Positions 1-9,211 of a stretch of DNA of 64,000 nucleotides are shown in pieces. The notes beneath the pieces were generated by a model. That model worked only from the letters and a program-made list of their open reading frames with translations, made no database searches and was not told the DNA's origin. Made by a program: the position numbers and the translations under genes. The DNA is taken from NCBI GenBank assembly GCA_963776345.1, contig CAVZMH010000019.1, positions 160,001-224,000 of the forward strand. The letters are read 5' to 3'. Positions within the stretch are counted from its first letter, which is position 1, and each line of letters starts with the position of its first letter. This stretch comes from an uncultured delta proteobacterium (GTDB taxonomy: Bacteria; Myxococcota; Myxococcia; Myxococcales; Myxococcaceae).

Positions 1-1578
1 CGACTGGAGCTGCTCCACGGACACCGCGAAGCGCTGGGCGATGGTCCAGAGCGAGTCGCCGCTCTGCACGCCGTACTCCACGCGCGTCTTGCCGTCGACC
101 ACCTCGGTCTTGACGGTCCCCTGCGCCAGCGCCTGGGCACGCCCGGTGCGCGTGCCGGCGGGGACCTCCTCCTCCGGCGCGGGGGCCACGTAGCCCTGGG
201 CGCGGGCGCGCGCCACCTGCCGCTCGAGGCCGTGCCCGACGTCGGCCAGCGCCCGGCTCGAGGGCACCGGCACCGCGAGCTCGGTGTTGATCCGCAGCGT
301 CTTGGCGCTGCGGAGCCGGTTGAACTGGAGGATGGCCTCGGGCGCCGAGTGGTACTGGAGCGCGATGCGCGAGAGCGTGTCGCCCTTGCGGACGTGGTGG
401 ATGCGATAGGTGAGCCGCTCCTGTGCCGGGATGCGGGCCAGCGCGGCGACCACGGTGTCCTTCGTCCCTCGGGGCACGCGGAGCAGGTACGGACGGGCGG
501 CGGACGCGGGCGGGGTGCACCAGCGGCGCAGCTCGGGGTTGAGCTCGCGGATGGTCTCGGCGCCGGCCCCGGCGGCGCGCGCCAGCACCTCGAGGTCGGT
601 GGGCTCCACCACCGGCACCTCGTCGAACTCGAGCGGCCGCTGGAAGTCGAACTCGTCGTCACTGAAGCCGAAGGCCCGCGGGTGCTTGGCCACCAGCGCG
701 CAGGCGATGAGCTTCGGGACGTAGTGCTTGGTCTCCTTGGCCAGCCCCTTGCCGTCGCTGAGCGCCCAGAAGTCGCTGGTTCCGCGGCGCTCCATCATCC
801 GGCGCAGCTTCTCGCCACCGGCGTTGTAGCCGGCCCAGGCGAGGTACCAGTGGCCGAGCGCGCCGTGCAGCTCGGTCAGATAGCGCCCCGCGGCCACGGT
901 GGCCTTCAGCGGGTCGCGCCGCTCGTCCACCCAGAAGTCCTGCCTGAGCCCGAAGCGGCGGCCGGTGGCGGAGATGAACTGCCATGGCCCGGCGGCGCGC
1001 GCCCAGGACGTCGCGCCCGGGGAGAAGCCGCTCTCGATCATGGCCAGATAGACGGTGTCCCGCGGAAGCCCGCCGCGCTCGAGCAGCGGGGTCATTATCG
1101 GGATGTACCGCGTGGAGCGCGACATCCACTTGCGGAACCACTTGCGGCCCGGGCCCTGGAAGAACTGGATGTACTGGGCCACCGTGGGCTGCATCTCCAG
1201 CGGGATGTCGTACTCGGCGGCGACCGCGCCCACGTCGAAGGTGGCGAGGTCGGTGACCAGGCCCAGAGCCGCCACCGGCTCGTCGCCGGAGAGCACCTCG
1301 GCGCCGTCCTCCAGCCGCGCCCGCAGTGGGCTCGCCGTCCCCAGCGCGCGCACCGAGCGCAGCACCTCGGGGCTCGGCTTTGCCGCTGGGTCGAGGACCG
1401 CGTCCTCGAGGGCGCGCATCTCCTCCAGCTCCTCCGAGGCCGGCTCGTCGTCCGTGTCCTCCGGGGTGGCCAGAGGTGCGCCAGCCTGCGCGGGCGCCCG
1501 CGGGGGGGCGGTGGGAGAGGGCTCGGCCGATGCGTTGCTCAGCGCGAGGAGGATGGCGAGCGCGGTGGGTGAGATCAT
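1..1578 (-). CDS. mltD: Lytic murein transglycosylase with SLT and LysM domains (MltD-like); 3' end runs off the window
   Basis: Translated by hand from ATG 1578: MISPTALAILLAL signal, LAMIESGF (catalytic Glu), AAGPWQF, AWAGYNAG, ETKHYVPK, then LysM-type HHVRKGDTLSRIA and a second YGVQSGDSLWTIA. Confidence 0.9.
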   Translation of the reverse strand, partial: MISPTALAILLALSNASAEPSPTAPPRAPAQAGAPLATPEDTDDEPASEELEEMRALEDAVLDPAAKPSPEVLRSVRALGTASPLRARLEDGAEVLSGDEPVAALGLVTDLATFDVGAVAAEYDIPLEMQPTVAQYIQFFQGPGRKWFRKWMSRSTRYIPIMTPLLERGGLPRDTVYLAMIESGFSPGATSWARAAGPWQFISATGRRFGLRQDFWVDERRDPLKATVAAGRYLTELHGALGHWYLAWAGYNAGGEKLRRMMERRGTSDFWALSDGKGLAKETKHYVPKLIACALVAKHPRAFGFSDDEFDFQRPLEFDEVPVVEPTDLEVLARAAGAGAETIRELNPELRRWCTPPASAARPYLLRVPRGTKDTVVAALARIPAQERLTYRIHHVRKGDTLSRIALQYHSAPEAILQFNRLRSAKTLRINTELAVPVPSSRALADVGHGLERQVARARAQGYVAPAPEEEVPAGTRTGRAQALAQGTVKTEVVDGKTRVEYGVQSGDSLWTIAQRFAVSVEQLQS

Positions 1579-1626
1579 CCGGGACGGGGTACGAATCTCG
1601 AATGCTAGGCGGGGCTGCCTGAGCGG

Positions 1627-3153
1627 TCAACGCCGTGCGGCGGGGCTGGCCTGGGCGCCATGTCCCGGCCCGAGCACGCGGGGCAGGTACGTCGCGTAGT
1701 CGAAGTGGATGCTGTTCTCGGCGGTGTGGCACCCGAGACACACGCTCGGGCCCGGCCTGGGCCGCAGCACGGACTTCCCGGTGCCGTCGGCCACGTGGAT
1801 CGAGCCCGGGCCATGGCAGTTCTCGCAGCCGACGTTCTGCCGTCGCTCCACCTGGTCGACGCGGCAGACCCCGCCGGCCTGCTGGAAGCCGATGACGTGA
1901 CAGGCGACGCAGTCGAGCCGGTACTGCTTCTGTACCCACTCCAGCGTGGCGTAGGCGTGGGCGTGGCCGGTCTTCTCGTACACCGCGAAGGGAGCCGGGT
2001 GGCAGCCCAGGCAGACCTGGTTGCCCACGTACGACGGCTCGCCCCTGGCGGGCGGAGGGCAGGGCTCGCCGTGCTCCTTCGCCCAGGCGAGGTTGAGCCG
2101 GGCCACGTCCCGGTCGTAGTCGGCGATGATCTTCTGCACGCCCGGGTCCTCGGGCAGCGCGGCCTCCACCGGGACGAAGCGGACAGTGAAGGTGCCGGGC
2201 TGGAGCGCGGTGGCCTGCGCCTGGGTGGCGAGCTGCTCCCGCCGCAGGACCAGCTCGTGCAGCCGCGCATCGAGGAGCCGCTTCCGCTCGGGTGACAGTC
2301 CGGGCGTCCCCAGCTCCCGCTTCAGCAGCTCCAGCCGCTGGCCCTGCGCGTTGAACTCTCGCTCGATGTCGCCCTGCCCACGGGCGAGCTCGATGGGCCC
2401 TCCGTGCGGCCCCGGGCTCACGTCGACGCGGAGAATGGAGCGCCCGCGGCTCTGGACCTGGGCGACGGGGACCGAGCCCCGCAGCAGCCGTCCGTCCTCC
2501 CACTCGGCGCCGATGGACTCCGGCGCCTGGGCGGCGACGACCAGGTCGACGCCCCTGGCCGAGTGGGCCTCGGCCGGCGTGCCGGCGAGCAGCCCGAGCA
2601 CCAGGCGCGCGCCGCCGGCGCGGAGCGTCATCGCGCCCTCGGTCAGCTCGGCGGCGGTGGTGCCCGGGACCACACCCACCTTCCACCCGCCGGCGTCGAT
2701 CAGCCGGCTCTGTCCCGGGGCGAGCTCGGGGAGCCCGAGCGAGCGGCGGAAGTCCTTGCCCAGCGCGTCGTCCAGCGGGCCCGGGAACTGGGCGTCGATG
2801 CGCATGGCCCGGAAGGAGTCGGCGATGGCCTGCGCCCGCCGGCGCTCGCCCACCGCCTCGTCCGCGCCGAAGCCGGTGCGCTCGAAAAGCGCATCGCCGG
2901 CGTCCACGAAGAGCGCCGGGAGCCCCGAGGCGCGGGTCTTCCCGATGATCGCCGCGGTCTTGCCCAGCCCGCCCCGCATCGCCTCGCTGCATCCGCAGGG
3001 GGCGATCTGCCCGCGCACGTCCGCGGTGACGAAGATGGCGAAGTGCGTCGCGGCGGGGGCCGCCGGGCTGGCCGGAGCCGGAAGGCGTCCCGATCCTCCG
3101 CGGGTGCAGGACGCGAGCAGTGTGGCTGCAATGAAGACCGAGCGGAGCTGCAA
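1627..3153 (-). CDS. Lipoprotein with an N-terminal UshA/5'-nucleotidase-like domain and a C-terminal tetraheme cytochrome c (c554-like)
   Basis: Lipobox LLASC; TADVRGQIAPCGC and FVDAGD motifs; four CxxCH (CLGCH, CVACH, CENCH, CLGCH). Start uncertain (TTG 3153; ORF open to 3231). Confidence 0.8.
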   Translation of the reverse strand: MQLRSVFIAATLLASCTRGGSGRLPAPASPAAPAATHFAIFVTADVRGQIAPCGCSEAMRGGLGKTAAIIGKTRASGLPALFVDAGDALFERTGFGADEAVGERRRAQAIADSFRAMRIDAQFPGPLDDALGKDFRRSLGLPELAPGQSRLIDAGGWKVGVVPGTTAAELTEGAMTLRAGGARLVLGLLAGTPAEAHSARGVDLVVAAQAPESIGAEWEDGRLLRGSVPVAQVQSRGRSILRVDVSPGPHGGPIELARGQGDIEREFNAQGQRLELLKRELGTPGLSPERKRLLDARLHELVLRREQLATQAQATALQPGTFTVRFVPVEAALPEDPGVQKIIADYDRDVARLNLAWAKEHGEPCPPPARGEPSYVGNQVCLGCHPAPFAVYEKTGHAHAYATLEWVQKQYRLDCVACHVIGFQQAGGVCRVDQVERRQNVGCENCHGPGSIHVADGTGKSVLRPRPGPSVCLGCHTAENSIHFDYATYLPRVLGPGHGAQASPAARR

Positions 3154-3271
3154 AGTTCCGTCCGCGGAAGGACGGCCCCGTCTACCACCGCGGCCCGGAC
3201 CGACGCGAGTCGTTGACAGACCGCGCCCCAAGTTGGTTTGAGCGGGCTTGGTGCCGCCCCCCGCAGACCCG

Positions 3272-3511
3272 ATGAAGCTGCCGCTCGAGGAGCTGCTCTA
3301 CCTGCGGCTCGGGGAGTTCCTCGATCAGCTGCACGGCCGGAAGGTGCCCGAGCTCTACCGGGTGCTGCTCGAGCAGGTGGACCGGGCCGTGCTCCGCCAG
3401 GCGCTCGAACGGAGCGAGGGCCAGCTCTCGGCGGCCGCGTCGTTCCTCGGCGTGGACCGGAACACCCTGGCGCGCAAGGTGAAGCGGCTCAAGGTCCGGG
3501 GCCGGTCCTGA
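3272..3511 (+). CDS. Small Fis-family HTH DNA-binding protein
   Basis: LYRVLLEQVDRAVLRQALERSEGQLSAAASFLGVDRNTLARKVK is a Fis-type HTH. Confidence 0.85.
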   Translation: MKLPLEELLYLRLGEFLDQLHGRKVPELYRVLLEQVDRAVLRQALERSEGQLSAAASFLGVDRNTLARKVKRLKVRGRS

Positions 3512-3536
3512 GCGGGGGCTGCCCCCGCTGGTCTCG

Positions 3537-5123
3537 GTGATGCGCACACTCGCTCGCACTCTCGTCGCCGGGCTTCTGCTGGCCGGACCGGCGCGCGCGC
3601 TCGACGACGGGCTCGGCGAGGTGCCGCAGGAGGTGGACCGCAGCTCGCCGCTGGCGACCGTGCAGGGCTTCCAGGTCGCGGCGCACCACGGCGACTACTC
3701 GCTCGCGGCCTACTACCTCTCCCTGGACTGGGTACCGCGCGAGAAGCAGAAGACCGAGGGGCCACGGCTCGCCCGACGGCTGCGCTTCGTGCTCGACCGC
3801 GCGCTGGTGCTCGACCTCGGGGCGATCAGCAAGGAGCCCCAGGGCGAGCCAGGCAGGCCCGGCTACGACCAGCTCGGGACCATCCCCCTGGAGACGCAGA
3901 ACATCCCCATCCGGGTGAGCCGGTACGAGGTCGACGGCAAACCCACCTGGGTCTTCAGCCCGCTCACCGTCCGCGCCGTCGACGCGCTCTACGACGCCTA
4001 CGCGCCGCCGCTCGGGGAGGTGCTTCCCGAGGTTCTCTTCGCCAGGCCCCTGGGCGGGCTCGAGCTGTGGCAGTGGCTGGGGCTGGTCCTCGCCTTCATC
4101 GCCGCGCTGCTCGGCGGCTGGGCGCTCGAGCGCGTGGGGCTGGCGGTGCTCGGGCGGTTGACCCGGATGACGCGGGTGACCTGGGACGACCAGCTGGTGC
4201 ACTCGGCGCGCGGTCCGCTCCGGCTGCCCTTCTGGGCCCTGGTGCTCGGCCTGGCCACGCCGCCGCTCCTGCTCCCGCCGGTGTGGGCGCACGGGACGAG
4301 CGTGCTCACCCGGTCCCTGCTGGTCATCGCCGCGGCCTGGTTCGCGCTGCGCTTCCTCGACCTCGCCGCGGGGGTGGTGGAGACCCGGGTGGCAAGGGCG
4401 CACGAGAACGTGGCCAACGCCCGCGCGGTGCGGACGCAGCTGGCGCTGCTCCGGCGCGTCCTGGTGGTGGTGGTGTGGATCCTGGCCGTCGCCGCGCTCC
4501 TGATGCAGTTCACGGTGGTGCGGACGGTGGGCGTCTCGCTCCTGGCCTCCGCGGGGGTGGCGGGCGTGGTGCTCGGCCTCGCCGCGCAGAAGTCGATCGG
4601 CGCGCTGCTGGCCGGCATCCAGCTCTCCATCGCCCAGCCCATCCGCATCGGAGACTCGGTGCTGATCGAGGGCGAGTTCGGGACGGTCGAGGAGATCAGC
4701 CTGACCTACGTCGTGGTGCGGACCTGGGACCTGCGCCGGCTGCTCATCCCCGTGACCCAGTTCCTCGAGAAGCCGTTCCAGAACTGGAGCAAGGGCGGGG
4801 TGGAGATGCTCGGGCCGGTGGTCCTCCACGTCGACTGGACCACCGACCTCGACGCCGTGCGGAAGGAGCTGGCCCGGGTGCTCGCCGCCGAGGGCAAGGG
4901 CATGTGGGACGGAACGCTGGCCAGCGTCCAGGTGGTGGACTCGTCCGAGCGCACCATGCAGCTCCGGGTGCTGGTCGGGGGCCACGTCGACTCCGTCTTC
5001 GACCTCCGCTGCCTGGTGCGGGAACGGCTCATCGCCTTCCTGCGCCGGACGCCGGGCTGGCTCCCCCACCACCGGGTGGAGCAGGACCAGGTCCCGCTCA
5101 TCCCCCCGGGTCCAGCGGCCTGA
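3537..5123 (+). CDS. Small-conductance mechanosensitive channel (MscS family) with a periplasmic N-terminal domain
   Basis: Signal peptide, several TM helices, SLLASAGVAGVVLGLAAQ, QPIRIGDSVLIEGEFGTVEEISLTY, IPVTQF. Confidence 0.9.
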   Translation: MMRTLARTLVAGLLLAGPARALDDGLGEVPQEVDRSSPLATVQGFQVAAHHGDYSLAAYYLSLDWVPREKQKTEGPRLARRLRFVLDRALVLDLGAISKEPQGEPGRPGYDQLGTIPLETQNIPIRVSRYEVDGKPTWVFSPLTVRAVDALYDAYAPPLGEVLPEVLFARPLGGLELWQWLGLVLAFIAALLGGWALERVGLAVLGRLTRMTRVTWDDQLVHSARGPLRLPFWALVLGLATPPLLLPPVWAHGTSVLTRSLLVIAAAWFALRFLDLAAGVVETRVARAHENVANARAVRTQLALLRRVLVVVVWILAVAALLMQFTVVRTVGVSLLASAGVAGVVLGLAAQKSIGALLAGIQLSIAQPIRIGDSVLIEGEFGTVEEISLTYVVVRTWDLRRLLIPVTQFLEKPFQNWSKGGVEMLGPVVLHVDWTTDLDAVRKELARVLAAEGKGMWDGTLASVQVVDSSERTMQLRVLVGGHVDSVFDLRCLVRERLIAFLRRTPGWLPHHRVEQDQVPLIPPGPAA

Positions 5124-5285
5124 GGCGTCCACCTCCGGGGTCGGCGGGTCGGGCCTGGCCCGGTGTGCACGGCTGACCCACCCGGTCTCGCCCGCGGGAC
5201 ACGCGCGCGCGGGCGGATCTCCTCGGGAATGCAGGGGATCCCTCGCAGGCAGCCGCTGGCCCGGGACGTGAAAGGGGGAGGAGGC

Positions 5286-5519
5286 ATGAAGCCGTCCCCC
5301 CATACCAACGCCGTCGTCCAGGCTCTGGTCGCCTGCCGCGCGCGGCGCGAGCTCAAGGGTACCGAGCGCGACACCCCCGAGGAGCGCCAGGCGATGAAGG
5401 CGGCGCTGTGGGCTCGCCTCGACGCGCGGCTCTCCACGTGGGACCCGAACGCCGAGACCATGGCGCAGTGGGCGCTGCACGTGCTGAGCGCCCCGAGCGA
5501 GCCCCAGCGGGCCGCCTGA
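5286..5519 (+). CDS. Small hypothetical protein (77 aa)
   Basis: Strong RBS GGAGGAGG just before ATG 5286; GC3-rich codons. Confidence 0.65.
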   Translation: MKPSPHTNAVVQALVACRARRELKGTERDTPEERQAMKAALWARLDARLSTWDPNAETMAQWALHVLSAPSEPQRAA

Positions 5520-5678
5520 GCGAGGCCGCCGCCCGCTTGGTCAGCGAGCGCCCCGGCGGCGCGCCGTGTCGCCATCTCGTCTCGCGGTGCGATGCGGATG
5601 TGAAGTACGGAGCAGTCGCGGCCATGGTCGGGATGACCCACCGATGCGCCGTGTTGGGCCGGGCGGAGGAAGCGCCCG

Positions 5679-5867
5679 ATGCCGACCGCCCCGCCGTCCG
5701 ATGCGGAGAGACCGCCTCCCGAGCGCCCGGAGCGGCGCGTCCTGGCCTGCGCCGTGGGCGTCTGGTGGGTGCGGCGGCTGCTCGAGGCCGCACGGCGACG
5801 TCGCGCGTGGGCCGAGGACCCGGCCGTGGGGGAAGAGGTCGGCCGGACGTTCATCGTCCCGCCCTGA
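5679..5867 (+). CDS. Small hypothetical protein (62 aa)
   Basis: GGAGGAAG upstream of ATG; short ORF with no recognisable motif. Confidence 0.4.
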   Translation: MPTAPPSDAERPPPERPERRVLACAVGVWWVRRLLEAARRRRAWAEDPAVGEEVGRTFIVPP

Positions 5868-5902
5868 GCCCGAGCATCCTCGAGCCGTTTCTGGGGTAGG
5901 GC

Positions 5903-6223
5903 CTAGAACTTGCCCCAGGAGTTCACGATGAGCGCCCCGGAGTCGCCCTGGAACCTGAGCCGCAGGTTGTCCATGACGTCGTTATCGGTCGCGAAGTACT
6001 CCCAATTCGTGCACTTCCAGCCCGTCCCGTAGAGCTGCCCGCAGATCGACGCCTCGGCGGTATCCGGCGGTCCTAGAAGCTGTTCGACCTCAGTCGCCGG
6101 CATCCCCTGATGAAGCTCGAGCGTGGCCTTCTTCAGCTCCGCCGCTGTGTGCCGCCCCATGGGCTTGGACGGAGTCGTCGCGCAGGCCAGGAAGAGCGCC
6201 ACCAGGACCAAGAGCCGTTTCAT
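5903..6223 (-). CDS. Small lipoprotein, SmpA/BamE-like fold possible
   Basis: MKRLLVLVALFLAC lipobox; LHQGMPATEVEQLLGPP motif typical of SmpA/OmlA-like domains. Confidence 0.7.
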   Translation of the reverse strand: MKRLLVLVALFLACATTPSKPMGRHTAAELKKATLELHQGMPATEVEQLLGPPDTAEASICGQLYGTGWKCTNWEYFATDNDVMDNLRLRFQGDSGALIVNSWGKF

Positions 6224-6273
6224 CGGGCCGTAACGTACTCCAACCCGCCCCTCTCGTGTCCGACCGCTTCCCC

Positions 6274-7824
6274 TCACCTTTGAGAGGTAGGCTCGCGCCT
6301 GAGCCCGAGCTTCTTCATCTTGCTCTGCAGCGTCGACGGCTTGAGCCCGAGGATCTCCGCGGCGCCGCCCGGGCCGTAGATGCGCCCCCGCGTCGCCTGG
6401 AGGACGCGGGCCACGTGCTGCCGGGTGGCATCGGCGAGCGTCGAGAGCTCGCCGTCGCGCAGCCGGCCCTCCCGTCGCCTCCGGCCGGGCAGGTCGATGA
6501 CCTCGGGGCCGAGCTCCTCCCCGGGGGCGAGGATGAGGGCGCGCTCCAGCACGTTGGCCAGCTCGCGCACGTTCCCGGGCCAGTCGTGCGCCTCGAGCCG
6601 CGCCACCGCCTCGGGAGTGAGCCGCCGCGCCGTCTTTCCGGTGCGCCGGGCCAGCTCCTCGAGCAGCGCCCCGGCGAGCGGAGCCACGTCCTCGCGGCGC
6701 TCGCGCAGCGGCGGCAGCTCGAGCGGGAACACGTCCAGGAGGTAGAAGAGGTCCTCGCGGAAGCGGCCGGCCGCCACCGCGGCCTCGAGATCGGCATGCG
6801 TCGCGGCCAGGACCCGCACGTCCACCCGCACCGGGCGGTCGCTCCCCACCGGCTCGAACTCGCCGTCCTGCAGGACGCGGAGCAGCCGGGTCTGGAGCGG
6901 CAGCGGCAGCTCCGAGACCTCGTCGAGGAACAGCGTCCCGCCGTTGGCCACCACCAGCCGCCCCGGACGCGCGCGGCCGACGCCGGCGAACGCGCCCTCC
7001 ACGTGCCCGAACAGCTCCAGCTCCAGCGCCCCGTCCGGGACCGCAGCGCAGCTCAGCGAGACGAAGGGGTGCTCGGCGCGCTCCGACCAGGCGTGGATGG
7101 CCCGCGCCAGGCGCTCCTTGCCGGTGCCCGGCTCGCCCCGGATGAGCACCGGCGTGCGGGCGCGCGCCACCTGGCGTGCCCGCCGCAGCAGCGCCTGCAT
7201 CCCCGCGCTGCGGATCCGCCCTTCGAGCTCCGGTCCGCCGCCGAGCTCCTCCTCCATCAGCTTGGCGTGAGCGTGGTCCTGCTGGTGCAGCCGCTCGAGC
7301 GTGACCGTCTTGCCCGCGCCCTGCATGGCGATGGCCAGCAGCTGCGCGTACACCTCGACCAGGTTGACCACCGGCGGCGGATAGACCTCGCAGACGGTGC
7401 GGTCCAGGGTGAGGACGCCGAGCGTCTGGTCTCCGGCGACGAGCGGCGCGACCAGGCAGGCGTGCCCCGGCGGCAGGTCGAGCACGTGATCGAACGGGTC
7501 TCCGTCGCCGTGCCGGTGGTCCTGCTCGAGGAAGGTCCGGGCTCGGCGCGTCTCCAGCGCCTCCTGGATCGAGGGGAACTGCTCCAGCGAGAGCGCGTGC
7601 TGTCGGACGCGGTCGTCGGCGAGCGGGCCGCGCGCGGCGCGCACCACCAGCCGGCCCTGCTCGAGCACGAACACCGTCGCCAGGTCGTACGGCGCGACGC
7701 GCGCCAGCCAGTCGAGGCCGCGGCGGAGCACGTCGTCGATGGCCTGCTCGGAGCCCACCAGCGTGGCGAGCTCCTGGAGGTCCCGGGCGAGGTCCACCGG
7801 GCGAAGCGGGGCGACGGCGGTCAT
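6274..7824 (-). CDS. GAF-domain sigma54-type enhancer-binding protein (GAF-AAA+-Fis HTH; NorR/FhlA-like architecture)
   Basis: GAF N-terminus; Walker A GEPGTGKE, FLDEV, FREDLFYLL, WPGNVREL; C-terminal GAAEILGLKPSTLQSKMKK HTH; GAFTGA loop reads GAFAGV. Confidence 0.9.
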   Translation of the reverse strand: MTAVAPLRPVDLARDLQELATLVGSEQAIDDVLRRGLDWLARVAPYDLATVFVLEQGRLVVRAARGPLADDRVRQHALSLEQFPSIQEALETRRARTFLEQDHRHGDGDPFDHVLDLPPGHACLVAPLVAGDQTLGVLTLDRTVCEVYPPPVVNLVEVYAQLLAIAMQGAGKTVTLERLHQQDHAHAKLMEEELGGGPELEGRIRSAGMQALLRRARQVARARTPVLIRGEPGTGKERLARAIHAWSERAEHPFVSLSCAAVPDGALELELFGHVEGAFAGVGRARPGRLVVANGGTLFLDEVSELPLPLQTRLLRVLQDGEFEPVGSDRPVRVDVRVLAATHADLEAAVAAGRFREDLFYLLDVFPLELPPLRERREDVAPLAGALLEELARRTGKTARRLTPEAVARLEAHDWPGNVRELANVLERALILAPGEELGPEVIDLPGRRRREGRLRDGELSTLADATRQHVARVLQATRGRIYGPGGAAEILGLKPSTLQSKMKKLGLRREPTSQR

Positions 7825-7847
7825 GGGCGCGAGTCTAACGGATGGTC

Positions 7848-7907
7848 CACCGATTTGCCGGTGCCAATTTCGGCTCGACGGGCGCCGATGGTACCGATAT
7901 CTCGGTG
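7848..7907. promoter_or_regulatory. Candidate regulator-binding inverted repeats between the EBP gene and ahpC
   Basis: CACCG-ATTTGC-CGGTG (7848-7863) and ACCGA-TATC-TCGGT (7893-7906) in the relatively AT-rich divergent intergenic region. Confidence 0.4.
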
Positions 7908-8046
7908 TTCAACGTCGTGTCAGAAGATGTCAAGTTGATGATTTGCTTGCGATTTATGCCAGAGGAACGCATTCAACAGTCGCTGGCGGGTCTCCAAGGG
8001 CCTTGCCAAGCCCTGACCACAAGAAGACACCCAAGGAGCAATGCGG

Positions 8047-8601
8047 ATGCTGACCATCGGAGACAGGTTTCCAGAGTTCAATCTCAAGGCGGCGGTGAGC
8101 CTGGAGAAGGGCAAGGAGTTCAAGGACATCACCCACAAGGACTACGCGGGCAAGTGGAAGGTCGTCTTCTTCTGGCCCATGGACTTCACCTTCATCTGCC
8201 CCACCGAGATCGCCGAGTTCGGGAAGCAGAACGGCCAGTTCGTCGAGCGCGACGCGCAGGTCCTGGGCGCGAGCACCGACACGCACTTCGTCCACCTCGC
8301 CTGGCGGAAGGACCACCCGGACCTCCGGAACCTGCCCTTCCCGATGCTGGCGGACACCCGGCGCGAGCTGTCGACCCAGCTCGGCATCCTCCACAAGACC
8401 GACGGGGTCCCGCTCCGCGCGACGTTCATCGTCGATCCCCAGGGCATCATCCGCTGGGCGAGCGTGAACGACCTCAGCGTGGGCCGGAGCGTCCCGGAGG
8501 TGCTCCGCGTCCTCGACGGCCTGCAGACCGACGAGCTCTGCCCGTGCAACTGGAAGCAGGGCGACGAGACCCTCTCCCAGAAGCTGAAGAAGGCCGGGTG
8601 A
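8047..8601 (+). CDS. ahpC: Peroxiredoxin (alkyl hydroperoxide reductase C)
   Basis: FWPMDFTFICPTEI and ELCPCNW motifs; AAGGAG RBS; start at ATG 8041 or 8047. Confidence 0.95.
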   Translation: MLTIGDRFPEFNLKAAVSLEKGKEFKDITHKDYAGKWKVVFFWPMDFTFICPTEIAEFGKQNGQFVERDAQVLGASTDTHFVHLAWRKDHPDLRNLPFPMLADTRRELSTQLGILHKTDGVPLRATFIVDPQGIIRWASVNDLSVGRSVPEVLRVLDGLQTDELCPCNWKQGDETLSQKLKKAG

Positions 8602-9119
8602 TGAACGCGCTGGAGACCCTCCGCAACGCCATCCCGGACGCGGCCAAGGACCTGAGGCTCAACCTCGGGAACGTGCTGCAGCCCACGACCCTGACCAAGG
8701 AGCAGGTCTGGGGCACGGCCGTGGCCTGCGCCATCGCCAGCCGGAACCCCCAGCTGCGCCAGGCGACGCTCGAGGATGCGCTGATCCACGTCGCTCCCGA
8801 GGTGGTGGAGGACGGGAAGGCCGCGGCGGCGCTGATGGGGATGAACAACGTGTACTACCGCTTCCGGCACATGGTGGGCCGGGAGGAGTACGCGCAGAAG
8901 CCGGCCCGCCTGCGGATGCAGCGCCTGGTGCAGGTGGCGACCAGCAAGGCCGACTTCGAGCTCTTCTGCCTCGCGGTGAGCGCGATCAACGGCTGCGAGA
9001 GCTGCATCCGCTCGCACGAGCGGGTGGTGGTCGAGGCCGGTCTCACCGAGGACCACGTCAACGACGCGGTCCGCATCGCCGCGACCTTCCACGGCGTGGC
9101 GGTGGCCCTCGAGATGTAG
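8601..9119 (+). CDS. ahpD: Alkyl hydroperoxide reductase D
   Basis: ATG overlaps the ahpC TGA; AKDLRLNL, MGMNNVYYRFRH, FELFCLAVSAINGCESCIRSHE (CxxC). Confidence 0.93.
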   Translation: MNALETLRNAIPDAAKDLRLNLGNVLQPTTLTKEQVWGTAVACAIASRNPQLRQATLEDALIHVAPEVVEDGKAAAALMGMNNVYYRFRHMVGREEYAQKPARLRMQRLVQVATSKADFELFCLAVSAINGCESCIRSHERVVVEAGLTEDHVNDAVRIAATFHGVAVALEM

Positions 9120-9143
9120 CGGCCAGGACGAGCACTGCAGCTC

Positions 9144-9182
9144 GACCCCGGCCGGGACCGACCCGCGCCAGGGTTCTTTCTT
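9144..9182 (+). terminator. Possible intrinsic terminator after ahpD
   Basis: GC-rich imperfect stem (GACCCCGGC...GCCAGGGTT with inner CGGG/CCCG) followed by CTTTCTT. Confidence 0.35.
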
Positions 9183-9211
9183 GCGGGGGTGGGCATGCGA
9201 CGCTGCGCCGG

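Noticed and set aside
232..1572. Long plus-strand ORF (446 aa) and the many similar long ORFs antisense to real genes (e.g. 35296-39246, 54924-57191, 28065-30692)
   Set aside because: Shadow ORFs expected in high-GC DNA; Arg/Gly/Pro-rich translations without motifs, lying opposite well-supported genes
7850..8040. Sigma54 promoter for ahpC
   Set aside because: TGGC and TTGC elements are present but none has the required -24/-12 spacing on the plus strand
7842..8600. 425-aa ORF suggesting an N-terminally extended AhpD
   Set aside because: The upstream part overlaps ahpC in another frame; real ahpD starts at ATG 8601 coupled to the ahpC stop
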